Of a stretch of DNA of 54,132 nt, positions 1-9,340 are shown piece by piece. Both the position numbers and the translations under genes were made by a program. Source of the DNA: Pauljensenia sp. (GTDB lineage Bacteria; Actinomycetota; Actinomycetes; Actinomycetales; Actinomycetaceae); assembly GCA_029983625.1 (NCBI GenBank), contig JASBZF010000001.1, positions 1 through 54,132 of the forward strand. The letters are read 5' to 3'. The notes below the pieces were generated by a model that saw nothing but the letters and a program-made list of their open reading frames with translations, did no database searches and was not told the origin of the DNA. How positions within the stretch are numbered: the first letter of the stretch is position 1; the number at the start of each line of letters is the position of its first letter.

Positions 1-5
1 TGGAC

Positions 6-1271
6 GTGCGTGAGGTGTCACCTCTTTTTAGGACAAAGCCGGTTCTTGCGCCGGGACAAAAATCCCAGGATGACTATTGGAATGCTGTTGTCCTGGCTTC
101 AACTGACTGTGCTCCGCGCGAAGTGCTCGCCCTCGCGCATGAACTGGAGTCTGCGGCTAAACGTGAACGCCTCGAACACTGGGGTCCACGCACTCTTGAT
201 ATTGACCTCATCGACTATGCGGGGATGCAAATACATGATGCGGACCTGATTCTTCCGCATCCGCGTGCCTATTGTCGGGCTTTCGTATTGGCACCCTGGT
301 CCGTCGTTGATCCGAAGGCACTCCTCGCTCAAGATCGTGTCGTTGATCTGCTGAAACAGGCTCCCGACAGAGGGGGCATCGTGGATGCGATTGAGGGGTG
401 GCTCAATGAGCCAGAGACGATCCTCGCGGAGTCGAATGCGCTTCTTTTACGTCAAGAGAAGAAAACCCAAGACAGGAAAACTCAGGAGAAGAAAACTGAG
501 GGATCTGCGTCGAAAGCGCTGAACTCAGGATCACTGACGCCACAAGCGCCTGCGTCCTCTTCTTCTGTGTGTGCGCATTCTTCCCCTGAGGGACTGGCAG
601 GAAAATCGCGTTTGGATGGTGTGCCAGAAGAATCCCGGAAGAGTCTTGCGCCCTCTCAGGATTGCCTTGATCTGGTGTGGCGGCAGCTGTGGGAAAAATG
701 GTCAGCTCCAATTGACGCGGCACATACGCCCCTCAGCGTCGCGACTGCACCTGTTGAAGTCCCTGCGGAGGAGGCGAATCGAAGCTACGAGGATGCAGAT
801 ACTGGAGCTGATGCTGGAGTCACAGATGAGGAAGTACACGTCCTTACCCCTATGCCCACCGAAACAGAGCCTGCCGTTAAGAAACCACGCTTGCCGTGGC
901 TTCCTCTGAACGGACACAAGGAAGCGCGCAGCAGCGCGGGCACCTCCCTACCGGAATCTGTGACAATCTCAGAGCGCTGTGACGACTCTGTGACTCTGTC
1001 ACGTCCGTCACGTACCCTTCCCACCTGGGATTTCGCCGGTTCGCGCGTGAGGATTGTTGACGAGGGCGCCACTTCCACTGCGGAGCCAGAAAAGACGACA
1101 AGCTCTGCTCCTGTGAGGCGTTCCATCATCGATCCGGGTCTACCGCACGACGCACTTCGAGGCCCCGCCCCGGATTCAGAACTGACGCGCACCGGGATCT
1201 TGCGCAAAGTGGTGGTGCGCCCTTCCGTTTCAGGTCCCATCACTGTGACAAGGGAACAGGACACACGATGA
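6..1271 (+). CDS. folK: HPPK (folate biosynthesis pyrophosphokinase), N-terminus probably upstream of the window, with a long low-complexity C-terminal extension
   Basis: WGPRTLDIDLI and LPHPRAYCRAFVLAPW motifs; the N-terminal GSN motif is absent, so the start is likely outside the window. Confidence 0.9.
   Translation: MREVSPLFRTKPVLAPGQKSQDDYWNAVVLASTDCAPREVLALAHELESAAKRERLEHWGPRTLDIDLIDYAGMQIHDADLILPHPRAYCRAFVLAPWSVVDPKALLAQDRVVDLLKQAPDRGGIVDAIEGWLNEPETILAESNALLLRQEKKTQDRKTQEKKTEGSASKALNSGSLTPQAPASSSSVCAHSSPEGLAGKSRLDGVPEESRKSLAPSQDCLDLVWRQLWEKWSAPIDAAHTPLSVATAPVEVPAEEANRSYEDADTGADAGVTDEEVHVLTPMPTETEPAVKKPRLPWLPLNGHKEARSSAGTSLPESVTISERCDDSVTLSRPSRTLPTWDFAGSRVRIVDEGATSTAEPEKTTSSAPVRRSIIDPGLPHDALRGPAPDSELTRTGILRKVVVRPSVSGPITVTREQDTR
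453..497 (+). repeat. In-frame 15 bp tandem repeat x3
   Basis: caagagaagaaaacc / caagacaggaaaact / caggagaagaaaact encoding QEKKT QDRKT QEKKT. Confidence 0.85.
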
Positions 1272-1756
1272 CGCCGCTATCGTGGCTTCGTCTTCTCGGC
1301 CTTGCCTGTCTCACCGCAACCCTCACCGGGGTTGCGAGTTTCGCCCTCGTTTCTGCGGGCGGATCGCCGCTGCTCATCGCCCCACTTCTGGCCCCGCTTT
1401 TCGCTCTTTTCGGTCTGCTGCTCGGCTGGGCTGGCCTGCACGTGCGACGTTTTAAAGACCATAAACGCACCTGGGTGACGCCGCTTGCGGCAATGCGTAT
1501 CGCAATTGCCGCACGAGCTTCCGGCTACGTCGCCTCGGTGGCGACGGGCGTATTAGCGGGCGTGTTGTGTGCCAGTTTAGGACGTGTGGAAGCACCACTG
1601 ATGGCATCTAATGCCCTCGCTTCCGGCCTCGCATGTGCGGGTTCCCTCTGGTGGTGCCTCGTCGCTGTGGTCGTGGAACGCTGGTGTATCGCAGATATCG
1701 ATGAGGATTCAGACGATCCCGGTGAGGTCGCGCGCCCAAGTGCCAGTCCCGCGTAG
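1268..1756 (+). CDS. DUF3180-like membrane protein
   Basis: Four hydrophobic segments, C-terminal ERWC followed by acidic tail, ATGA overlap with folK; usual folK neighbour in Actinobacteria. Confidence 0.75.
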   Translation: MTPLSWLRLLGLACLTATLTGVASFALVSAGGSPLLIAPLLAPLFALFGLLLGWAGLHVRRFKDHKRTWVTPLAAMRIAIAARASGYVASVATGVLAGVLCASLGRVEAPLMASNALASGLACAGSLWWCLVAVVVERWCIADIDEDSDDPGEVARPSASPA

Positions 1757-1839
1757 AGTCCACAAGCTTTCGCCCTCGCATATGCACTTTCAGCTCTCTG
1801 AGCGTCCGTGACTTCAGCAGCTCTTTCGAGGAGGAGATC

Positions 1840-2526
1840 ATGACGCGACAACCAGGTCGCTCCCATTCACAGTCGTCACGTCAACGTCGTCGCCTGTGGG
1901 CCCGACGCATCATCACGGGATTGGGGCTCCTTGCCATTGTGGCACTGCTGATCTGGGGAATCGTCAGCCTTGTTCTTTTCTTTGTCGGTGGTGCAGCATC
2001 GGCCAATGAGGAGCCGCAATCGCTTGAGACACTTAAGGTGCAGACCATCCAATCAGGGGATGAAGTTCTTGAACTGGGCAGTGATCAGACGATCACTCGC
2101 GACGGAATCGTCTCAGAAAGCGAAGGGGTCATCATCCCCACCTGTGCGTCCGCAGCTCTTCACTACACGCTGACAGCTTCCCAGACGAAGGTCGGTGAGG
2201 GTGAAACACTGTCCGTCTCTGTAGAGAACACGGGGGAGGTTGCCTGCATGATCCACGCGGGCGCCTGGGGTGTGCGCATTGTGTCCGGCGAGGACACAAT
2301 GTACGACTCACGTGCCTGTGACACTTACGATCCGAAAGCGACACCCCTCCTGTTAGCGCCGGGTATGTCCTGGAGTGGAACCCTGAACTGGGATGGTCAC
2401 GTCTACTCTGAGGGCTGCGTAGCACCCGCTGAGGTAGTGAACGCTGAGGCGGGCACCTACCGGGCGATTCTCATGTCCGAAGACCGGCAAATCGGTGAGG
2501 AAGTCGTCTTTGAGGTGCTTGCCTGA
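1840..2526 (+). CDS. Membrane-anchored protein with 4-Cys extracytoplasmic beta domain (Rv3587c-like)
   Basis: GAGGAG RBS, Arg-rich N-terminus then one TM helix, four Cys, AGTYRA near the C-terminus; convergent with disA. Confidence 0.7.
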   Translation: MTRQPGRSHSQSSRQRRRLWARRIITGLGLLAIVALLIWGIVSLVLFFVGGAASANEEPQSLETLKVQTIQSGDEVLELGSDQTITRDGIVSESEGVIIPTCASAALHYTLTASQTKVGEGETLSVSVENTGEVACMIHAGAWGVRIVSGEDTMYDSRACDTYDPKATPLLLAPGMSWSGTLNWDGHVYSEGCVAPAEVVNAEAGTYRAILMSEDRQIGEEVVFEVLA

Positions 2527-2580
2527 ACCCTACGCTATTCAGACTTCCACGCTCCTTGCGAGCTGAGCTTCCCTGAGAAG

Positions 2581-3651
2581 TCACCAGCCGACGATACCGC
2601 TGGCCGCCATCTGAGCTTGATGATCCAAATTGTCGCGAATGAGTTTGGCCCGGTAGGGGCCGATCCCTTCGATCCCTTGCAAATCCTCGACGCTTGCAGC
2701 GCGCAGCTCCTGGAAACTCGGCCAATGAGAAGAGACTTCTTTGATGACGCTCCACGGAAGATGCGGGACAAGTGAAAGCGCACGAATCCCACGCGGTTGA
2801 ATATCACGATCAAGATCAGCGACCTCGAAAACGGCAAGCCCCAACACTTTCGCAATCGCACTCAGATCAACGAGCTTGTCGCCGCCGAGTTCAGAAAGAT
2901 GCTGATCCACCGAAGCAATCGAGGACGCATTGCGAATGTAATCGCGTAGGACAAGTGCGCGTTCTGAAGCAGAACCACGCACAAGATCGTCAACTTGCAG
3001 GGCGAGGAGCCGACCCTCGGAGCCGAGCTCTTCAAGATAGCCGTTAATTTCAGAGGTAATGCGTCGAATCATCTCCATCCGCTGAACAACTGTCGCAACA
3101 TCGCGAATCGTCGCAGAATCACGCATTTCCAAAACCGTGAGCGTCTGAAGAACCTCATCAAGACGCTGCGAATAACGATCGAGGGTATCAACCGCCAGAT
3201 TGGCGCGCGCCAGCAAGGACTCCGGCTCTTCCACGAGACGGTGACATTCACCCACATAAACGGAGATCATTTTCATGGAGGCAGACAAAGACAACACAGG
3301 AAGATGGGTCTGACGTGCTGTCCTCTGAGCGGTTCGATGCCGCATTCCTGATTCATCCGTGGGGATCGATGCATCGGGCAAAAGCTGGACATTAGCCTTT
3401 CGTATCCTCATATTCTCAATATCGAGAACAACCGCCCCATCCATCTTGCACAATTCGCGCAGACGTGAAGCGGTGAAATCCACATCCAAATCAAAACCAC
3501 CCGAACAGATCGCCTCAACCTCTGGCGTATAACCCAAAACAATGAGACCACCCGTGTGTGAACGCTGAATCCGTTCGAGGCCCTCACGTAGAGCAGTACC
3601 GGGGGCGACGGCCGCAAGAGCCTGCCTGAGGATCACCGAATCGGATGTCAC
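2581..3651 (-). CDS. disA: DNA integrity scanning diadenylate cyclase
   Basis: DGA and RHR catalytic motifs, C-terminal HhH (IEGIGPYRA); start set at GTG 3651 after AAGGAAGG. Confidence 0.95.
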   Translation of the reverse strand: MTSDSVILRQALAAVAPGTALREGLERIQRSHTGGLIVLGYTPEVEAICSGGFDLDVDFTASRLRELCKMDGAVVLDIENMRIRKANVQLLPDASIPTDESGMRHRTAQRTARQTHLPVLSLSASMKMISVYVGECHRLVEEPESLLARANLAVDTLDRYSQRLDEVLQTLTVLEMRDSATIRDVATVVQRMEMIRRITSEINGYLEELGSEGRLLALQVDDLVRGSASERALVLRDYIRNASSIASVDQHLSELGGDKLVDLSAIAKVLGLAVFEVADLDRDIQPRGIRALSLVPHLPWSVIKEVSSHWPSFQELRAASVEDLQGIEGIGPYRAKLIRDNLDHQAQMAASGIVGW

Positions 3652-3688
3652 AGTCTCGCCTTCCTTCACGTCGGCTTCGCAATGAATT

Positions 3689-5059
3689 TTACGGCAGCGC
3701 CGCCCGGATCGCGGTCGCGAGATCAGAAACGGTCAAGACGCTCAGACCTTCGATACGAGGAAGATCCTGCGCGCCCTTTGCCGGCACAATAGCGCGAGTA
3801 AATCCCAAACGAGCAGCTTCTTGCAGACGACGACCCACACCGGTTGAGGCGCGAATCTCCCCAGTTAACCCAATTTCACCAATCACCACAGTTCCAGGGC
3901 GAGGAACGATCTGTTCACGCGCCGTGACAACAGCAATCGCGATCGCAAGATCAAGCGCGGGCTCACTGCTTTTTGCCCCACCGACGGTTGAGACATACAC
4001 GTCGCAGGAAGACACATCAAGATTGAGCCTGGCTTGAAGGACAGCGAGAATCATCGCGACACGGGAATGATCGACCCCCGAGGTGGTTCTCCTTGGCGAT
4101 CCCGCAGCGCTCGCGGCGACGAGGGCTTGGATTTCGGTGGGCATCGGGCGACGCCCCTCCAATGAGACTGTTACGCAGGTTCCGGGAACATTCGCTGAGG
4201 ATCCCGACAGGAAAAGCCCCGAAGGGTCGGGAACTTCACGGATCCCAGATTCTATGAGTTCAAAGCAACCGACCTCGTCAGTGGGACCGTAGCGGTTCTT
4301 CACCGCGCGCAAAAGACGCAGGCGTGAATGTCGATCGCCCTCAAATTGGCACACAACATCGACAAGATGCTCCAAGACGCGAGGCCCTGCAATACCGCCG
4401 TCCTTCGTGACATGACCGACAAGAAGTACCGGCAGATCACGCTCTTTCGCAGCGCGAATCAGACCGGCGGCAACCGCGCGCACTTGAGCAACGCCACCGG
4501 CTCCGCCCTCGACCTGAGGTGAAGAAATAGTCTGCACAGAATCGACAATGAGAAGCGAAGGGGAGACGGCCTCCACATGGCCGAGCAAAGAGGCGAGATC
4601 GTGATCTTCGGCGAGGAGAAGACGCTCATCGAGGGCGCCGATACGCATGGCACGTGCCTTTACCTGAGAAGAAGATTCCTCGCCGGTGACATAGAGAACG
4701 GGACCGCAGTCCTGGCTTACGGAAGCGGCACGTGCGGCCACATCAAGAAGGAGTGTTGACTTTCCCACTCCGGGTTCACCGGCGAGTAACACAACGGCAC
4801 CGGGGACTATGCCCCCACCGAGAACACGATCCAATTCCCCGAGGCCGCTTGGACGTGAGCGCGCGCGATCACCGTCAACATCTGCGATGGGAAGCGCCGG
4901 ACGACGTGGGGGAATCGCAACGGTGCCCCCTGCAATTGCGCCGTCAGATGCGTTCTCTTCCACGGTGCCCCATGCGGAGCACTCTCGACACTGACCCGAC
5001 CACTTCGGACTGGTCCAGCCGCATTCAGTGCAGCGGTAGATCGTCTTTGCCTTCGCCAT
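3689..5059 (-). CDS. radA: DNA repair protein RadA/Sms
   Basis: C4 zinc finger, Walker A GEPGVGKST, KNRYG motif, Lon-like C-terminus. Confidence 0.97.
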   Translation of the reverse strand: MAKAKTIYRCTECGWTSPKWSGQCRECSAWGTVEENASDGAIAGGTVAIPPRRPALPIADVDGDRARSRPSGLGELDRVLGGGIVPGAVVLLAGEPGVGKSTLLLDVAARAASVSQDCGPVLYVTGEESSSQVKARAMRIGALDERLLLAEDHDLASLLGHVEAVSPSLLIVDSVQTISSPQVEGGAGGVAQVRAVAAGLIRAAKERDLPVLLVGHVTKDGGIAGPRVLEHLVDVVCQFEGDRHSRLRLLRAVKNRYGPTDEVGCFELIESGIREVPDPSGLFLSGSSANVPGTCVTVSLEGRRPMPTEIQALVAASAAGSPRRTTSGVDHSRVAMILAVLQARLNLDVSSCDVYVSTVGGAKSSEPALDLAIAIAVVTAREQIVPRPGTVVIGEIGLTGEIRASTGVGRRLQEAARLGFTRAIVPAKGAQDLPRIEGLSVLTVSDLATAIRAALP

Positions 5060-5071
5060 GTGTGAAGCCTA
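5060..5071 (-). promoter_or_regulatory. Leaderless -10 element of radA
   Basis: TAGGCT 6 nt before the ATG, no SD. Confidence 0.6.
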
Positions 5072-5109
5072 AGGGTGGGCATAGGCATCTGCGACACACT
5101 GCGGGATGA

Positions 5110-5793
5110 CTAGGGACGATTGGCGAAATATTCGAGCAAACGGGCATCGCCGGACACAATGATAATGTCCTCAGGGTTGATGCGCGTCTTCGCAGTCGCG
5201 TAGGTAAAAGGCGTTCCCGGTCGTAAAACGCCCAGGAGATTCACGCCGTAGCGCCCTCGCAAATCCAGATCTGCCACCGTGAAGCCCTGTACTTCTTTCG
5301 GTGGACGAAGCTTCATAATCGCGAAGCCGTCCTTTTCCATTTCGATGTAGTCAATCATTCGACCACCGACGAGGTGAGCCGTGCGCTGACCCGCGTCGAA
5401 TTCAGGATAAACAACGTGGTGAGCGCCGATCCTCTTCAGGATTCGACCGTGTTCCCGAGAGATCGCTTTTGCCCAGATCGATCCCATCCCCATATCGACA
5501 AGATTCGCCGTGATCAGCACTGAAGATTCCAGCGAGGATCCGGCACCGACCACTGCGGCGCGGAACTCTCGGGCTCCGAGCTGTTCCAGGGCCTCCACTG
5601 AGGTCGCATCCGCTTCGACGAGGGGGAACCTTCCTGCGAATGCTTGAACGCGCGCGGGGTTCTTTTCAACGGCGAGGATTTCATATCCGAGCTTGTCGAG
5701 CGTGACCGCGACCGCTGAACCGAAGCGACCGAGTCCGATAACGAGTGTTCCAGAGGTCAGTTCGCGCATATCCTCGTGAGCCATGAGCGTCAT
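5110..5793 (-). CDS. trkA: TrkA/KtrA potassium uptake regulatory (RCK) subunit
   Basis: GLGRFG nucleotide-binding motif, AKA and VVYPE motifs, RCK_C domain. Confidence 0.92.
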   Translation of the reverse strand: MTLMAHEDMRELTSGTLVIGLGRFGSAVAVTLDKLGYEILAVEKNPARVQAFAGRFPLVEADATSVEALEQLGAREFRAAVVGAGSSLESSVLITANLVDMGMGSIWAKAISREHGRILKRIGAHHVVYPEFDAGQRTAHLVGGRMIDYIEMEKDGFAIMKLRPPKEVQGFTVADLDLRGRYGVNLLGVLRPGTPFTYATAKTRINPEDIIIVSGDARLLEYFANRP

Positions 5794-5880
5794 TATGCCC
5801 CGAAGATTCCGATGTGTACCTCTTCTGCCTCAGAACACGCCCCTTCCTCGCCCTCGGCAACAATGGCAGCCTGTGTTGCT

Positions 5881-7404
5881 CTAGCCGATGATGGGGCGTT
5901 CTTCGGGCATACGGATCACGCGCGAACGATCACGTAGCGCTAAAGCTGCGGCCATTGTCATAGAGCCGGTTCGCCCGGCGAACATGAGGACAATGAGCAC
6001 GTACTTACCCAGGGGAGGCAGTGTCGGAGTAATACCGGTTGAGAGGCCGACCGTTGCGAAAGCGGAGATCGTTTCAAAGAGAATCGTGTCGAGTGAGTAG
6101 TTCGTGAGAGTGAGGAGAATCAGAACAGCAATAGTGACCAGTGTCATTCCGAGCAGTGCGACGGCAACTGAGAGACGCACAACCGAGGGCGGAATCCGTC
6201 TGCCGAAGGTCTCGATATCGCGATCGCCCCGCGCTTCAGCAACAACAGCAAGAACAAGGACCGCGAAAGTCGTGACTTTAATGCCACCTGAAGTGGAGGC
6301 AGAACCTCCGCCAATCATCATGAGAACATCTTGAACGAAGTGTGTTTGCGGCCTCATCACGCCGATGTCGAGGGCCGACAGTCCTGAGGAACGCGAATTG
6401 ACACCCGCGAGCATAATATTGAGCACGCGCGTTGAAGTGTCGAGTGAACCCAAAGTGAGTGGGTTCGTCCATTCGGTAAGAGCAAACATCACTGTTCCCG
6501 CAAGCGCCAAGATCGCATAGACGGACAAAGTGAGTTTCGTGTGCAGTGCCCATTTCCCCGGTGTACGCCAGCGGGCGGCGAGATCTTGAATGACGGGAAA
6601 GCCGACCGCGCCCACGAAGGTGCCTAAGATGATGGGGGCGAGGAGCCACCAGTCAGACACATGAGGGGCGAGGCCGCCAACGAGGATCACGAAGCCCGCA
6701 TTGTTAAACACGGAAATCGCCATGAACATGGCCTCCCAAGCGGCTTTGCCCAGAGGTTCACCCAGGGTCAGGAAGCGGGGGAGGAAAACGAGGAAAAGGA
6801 GAGATTCTGCGGTGAGCGAGGTTGCGATTACCGCTTTGAGAAGAGAAGAGATTTGCCCAAGACCATCCGATTTTGTCTCCTGAGCGGCAAGCATCCTCTG
6901 GGTCAGACCGAGTCGGCGCGACACTGCGAAACCGAGAATAGAGGCAAGAGTCATTACGCCCAGGCCGCCGATCATGATGCCGCAGGCGATGACACCTTGA
7001 CCGAACATTGTCCAGCTTGTCGCCGTTTCTACCGTAGTCAAGCCTGTGATGCACACTGCGGACACAGCGGTGAAAAGAATATCGACAAAGGACACCGGTC
7101 GCTGTGGGATGGTCGCGATCGGCAGGCTCAGAAGCGAAGTGATGATCGCAATAATGAGTGCGAACACGCCAACAGCAAGACGTGCGGGCGCGTAGCGGGC
7201 TTGGTGAACGAACCAGGCACGGAAACGATCACGAAGAGTGTCTTTCGGTGTGCGCGGATCCCCTTGCTCTTCTCGGCGCATCAGTCCTGAATGAGTAACC
7301 TCGCGTGTCTTTTCCTTGGATGAAAAAGGGAAACGAGGGTCGCGCTCGTCATCGTATGCAGCTGTGTCGAGGGGCAGGTCGCTCGGCTTTTCGTGCTGCA
7401 CCAC
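5881..7404 (-). CDS. trkH: TrkH/KtrB potassium uptake membrane subunit
   Basis: Pore motifs SAVCITGL, FNNAGF, GGIKVTT, SAFATVGLSTG; start set at GTG 7404 after AAGGAAGGA (uncertain). Confidence 0.92.
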   Translation of the reverse strand: MVQHEKPSDLPLDTAAYDDERDPRFPFSSKEKTREVTHSGLMRREEQGDPRTPKDTLRDRFRAWFVHQARYAPARLAVGVFALIIAIITSLLSLPIATIPQRPVSFVDILFTAVSAVCITGLTTVETATSWTMFGQGVIACGIMIGGLGVMTLASILGFAVSRRLGLTQRMLAAQETKSDGLGQISSLLKAVIATSLTAESLLFLVFLPRFLTLGEPLGKAAWEAMFMAISVFNNAGFVILVGGLAPHVSDWWLLAPIILGTFVGAVGFPVIQDLAARWRTPGKWALHTKLTLSVYAILALAGTVMFALTEWTNPLTLGSLDTSTRVLNIMLAGVNSRSSGLSALDIGVMRPQTHFVQDVLMMIGGGSASTSGGIKVTTFAVLVLAVVAEARGDRDIETFGRRIPPSVVRLSVAVALLGMTLVTIAVLILLTLTNYSLDTILFETISAFATVGLSTGITPTLPPLGKYVLIVLMFAGRTGSMTMAAALALRDRSRVIRMPEERPIIG

Positions 7405-7608
7405 AGGCCCGTCCTTCCTTCGCATATCAGCCTTTGAACGACACAAGATTACGGACAGTGACTCAGGAGGGGCCGCCGGTATCCGAGAAGAAAGATTTCC
7501 CCCTTCCGAAGTTGCCGATGAAGTGCCCTCAGCCACTAGTATGACGTGAAGCGGGTGAATCAAGGGCGCAGGGTTCTCGGTCCCGCGTGAATGACTTCAG
7601 GAGTGTTC

Positions 7609-7827
7609 ATGGATCGAAAGTCCGCACCCCGTTTCATGACGGTGTCCGAGGTGGCGGAACTCATGCGCGTATCAAAAATGACCGTGTACCGCCTGATTCA
7701 TTCTGGAGACATGCCTGCGATTCGGGTGGGAAAGAGCTTCCGCGTTCCAGAAGCTGCTGTCGGTGCGCTCATTGCATCGGGTCTTGCCGATCACACAGAT
7801 GAAGCTGCGGCCGGGATCGGCGGCTGA
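7609..7827 (+). CDS. Excisionase-family HTH DNA-binding protein (Rv0500A-like)
   Basis: TVSEVAELMRVSKMTVYRLIHSG..AIRVGKSFRVP; AGGAG RBS before ATG 7609. Confidence 0.88.
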   Translation: MDRKSAPRFMTVSEVAELMRVSKMTVYRLIHSGDMPAIRVGKSFRVPEAAVGALIASGLADHTDEAAAGIGG

Positions 7828-7926
7828 AGCGAGTAGAATAGCTGATGCTATGCCCGACCGGGCATGAACGACGAGCGGTGGTAACCTTACGCCGCACATC
7901 TTTTTCATACACGAGGGAGGAACCCC

Positions 7927-8025
7927 ATGGGCTCCGTGATCAAGAAGCGCCGCAAGCGCATGGCAAAGAAGAAGCACCGCAAGCTGCTGCGCAAGACCCG
8001 TCACCAGCGTCGCAACAAGAAGTAA
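7927..8025 (+). CDS. 30S ribosomal protein bS22 (AURKAIP1/COX24 family), 32 aa, not in the ORF track
   Basis: [32 protein letters not shown] with GGAGG RBS. Confidence 0.95.
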   Translation: MGSVIKKRRKRMAKKKHRKLLRKTRHQRRNKK

Positions 8026-8032
8026 GTGTTGC

Positions 8033-8060
8033 AAAGGCCCGACCCTTCGGTCGGGCCTTT
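8033..8060 (+). terminator. Intrinsic terminator hairpin
   Basis: aaaggcccgacc-cttc-ggtcgggccttt, perfect 12 bp stem. Confidence 0.85.
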
Positions 8061-8110
8061 CGCTTGTGTGAAACAGGAGACGAGGGGCGTACACGTGGGA
8101 AACTAGAGGC

Positions 8111-8779
8111 ATGATCTGGACGAAAATCCACGTGATGCGCCACGGTGAAGTCAATAATCCAAAAGGCGTGCTCTACGGCCGCCTCCCCGGTTTCCCACTG
8201 ACTGAACTCGGCACAGCGATGGCTGAAAAAGCTGCGGAACACCTGCGTGACGCCGGAGCGGATATTAGCGCGGTGATTGCCTCTCCGCTCCTGCGCGCCC
8301 AGCTCACCGCCGCCCCCACGGCTCGCGCCTACGGACTCCCGATTCTTTCAGACCCGCGCCTCATTGAAGCGGACAATATTTTCGAGGGCGAGGCAGTGAA
8401 TTCTGATCGTGCGATTTTCTTCAGACCCGAAAACTTCAAGTACTACACGAATCCCTTGCGCCCAAGCTGGGGGGAACCCTATGCGCAGATCGCGGCACGG
8501 ATGAGTGCAGCACTCTCTTCTGCTGTGCGGATCGCGAAAGGGCGAGAAGCACTCCTTGTCTCGCATCAAAGTCCGATTACGATCCTCACCCGATTCGCCC
8601 GCAAACAGCCTCTCGCTCACGCGCCGTGGTTACGCCACTGTTCGCTTGCTTCGCTGACGACATTCGAGTTCGTTGATTCGACACTCGTAGCGATCAGATA
8701 CTGCGAACCGGCGGCGGACCTTCTGACCCAAGCACAGGACATGACTCCGGGTGACTCAGCGGCAACACTGAAACGCTGA
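8111..8779 (+). CDS. Histidine phosphatase (PGM family), Rv0525-like
   Basis: RHGEVNNPKGVLYGRLPGF, ASPLLRA, LVSHQ motifs. Confidence 0.88.
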   Translation: MIWTKIHVMRHGEVNNPKGVLYGRLPGFPLTELGTAMAEKAAEHLRDAGADISAVIASPLLRAQLTAAPTARAYGLPILSDPRLIEADNIFEGEAVNSDRAIFFRPENFKYYTNPLRPSWGEPYAQIAARMSAALSSAVRIAKGREALLVSHQSPITILTRFARKQPLAHAPWLRHCSLASLTTFEFVDSTLVAIRYCEPAADLLTQAQDMTPGDSAATLKR

Positions 8780-8803
8780 CACTGAGCGCAACTCAGTGTG
8801 TCC

Positions 8804-9265
8804 CTATTCGCTGTGCTGATCGCCCTCGATTCCCGTATTTTCATCCTCATCTGGCTGCTGAACACTCTTTTGCTCTGTCGTCGGAGTTTCTTCCTCAGCC
8901 TTCTTCGCAGCATTCGTTTTGGCGTTGCGTCGTTTTTCGCGCTGAATGTCGCGTCCAATTTTAAAAAGGAAATCAGGGTCGTCGTCTGGAGCGAGCGGCC
9001 GAGGTTCTTCTTCGTGTGAATGCGGTGGACGCGGCACGGGAATTGGCGGAAGAGGCGACTGTCCAGCTTCAGCGCGTGAAACAGCGCGAAGGATCACCCA
9101 GGCGACAGAGCCAAGAGAAAAAGTGGGGATCGTGATGAGGATAAGAATCAGCCACATTGCTTTTGGTATCCGTGCCGGAACTTCCTCCTCGGGAGTGCGG
9201 AACCAGTCGGCGATCGCGTACACGGTGACGGCAATCCAAGCGATGACGATGAGAACTCTCAACAC
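8804..9265 (-). CDS. PLDc_N domain membrane protein
   Basis: Two TM helices followed by PLAPDDDPDFL and a charged tail; TAAAAT 6 nt before the GTG. Confidence 0.8.
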   Translation of the reverse strand: MLRVLIVIAWIAVTVYAIADWFRTPEEEVPARIPKAMWLILILITIPTFSLGSVAWVILRAVSRAEAGQSPLPPIPVPRPPHSHEEEPRPLAPDDDPDFLFKIGRDIQREKRRNAKTNAAKKAEEETPTTEQKSVQQPDEDENTGIEGDQHSE

Positions 9266-9340
9266 GCGGCAATTTTATCCAGTGATCCAGATGGGAGTTC
9301 TGGGCAAGGGTTCCGCCCTCGGCGAAGGAAAAAGAAAAAA

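Noticed and set aside
2568..2578. TCTCAG/GCTCAG direct repeat just after the disA stop
   Set aside because: 10 bp period and no downstream gene in that orientation
7551..7600. GGGTGAATC..GCAGGG..TCCCG resembling part of a ydaO c-di-AMP riboswitch near the K+ transporter
   Set aside because: Wrong strand for trkH and lacks the GCTGAATCC and CCCGTCAGCTAAC elements
7586..7601. GTGAA-N4-TTCA Rex/CRP-like site
   Set aside because: Only a partial palindrome, single instance, overlapping the RBS
7609..7827. Excisionase-like gene as a prophage or ICE marker
   Set aside because: No integrase or phage genes; it is the conserved core partner of bS22
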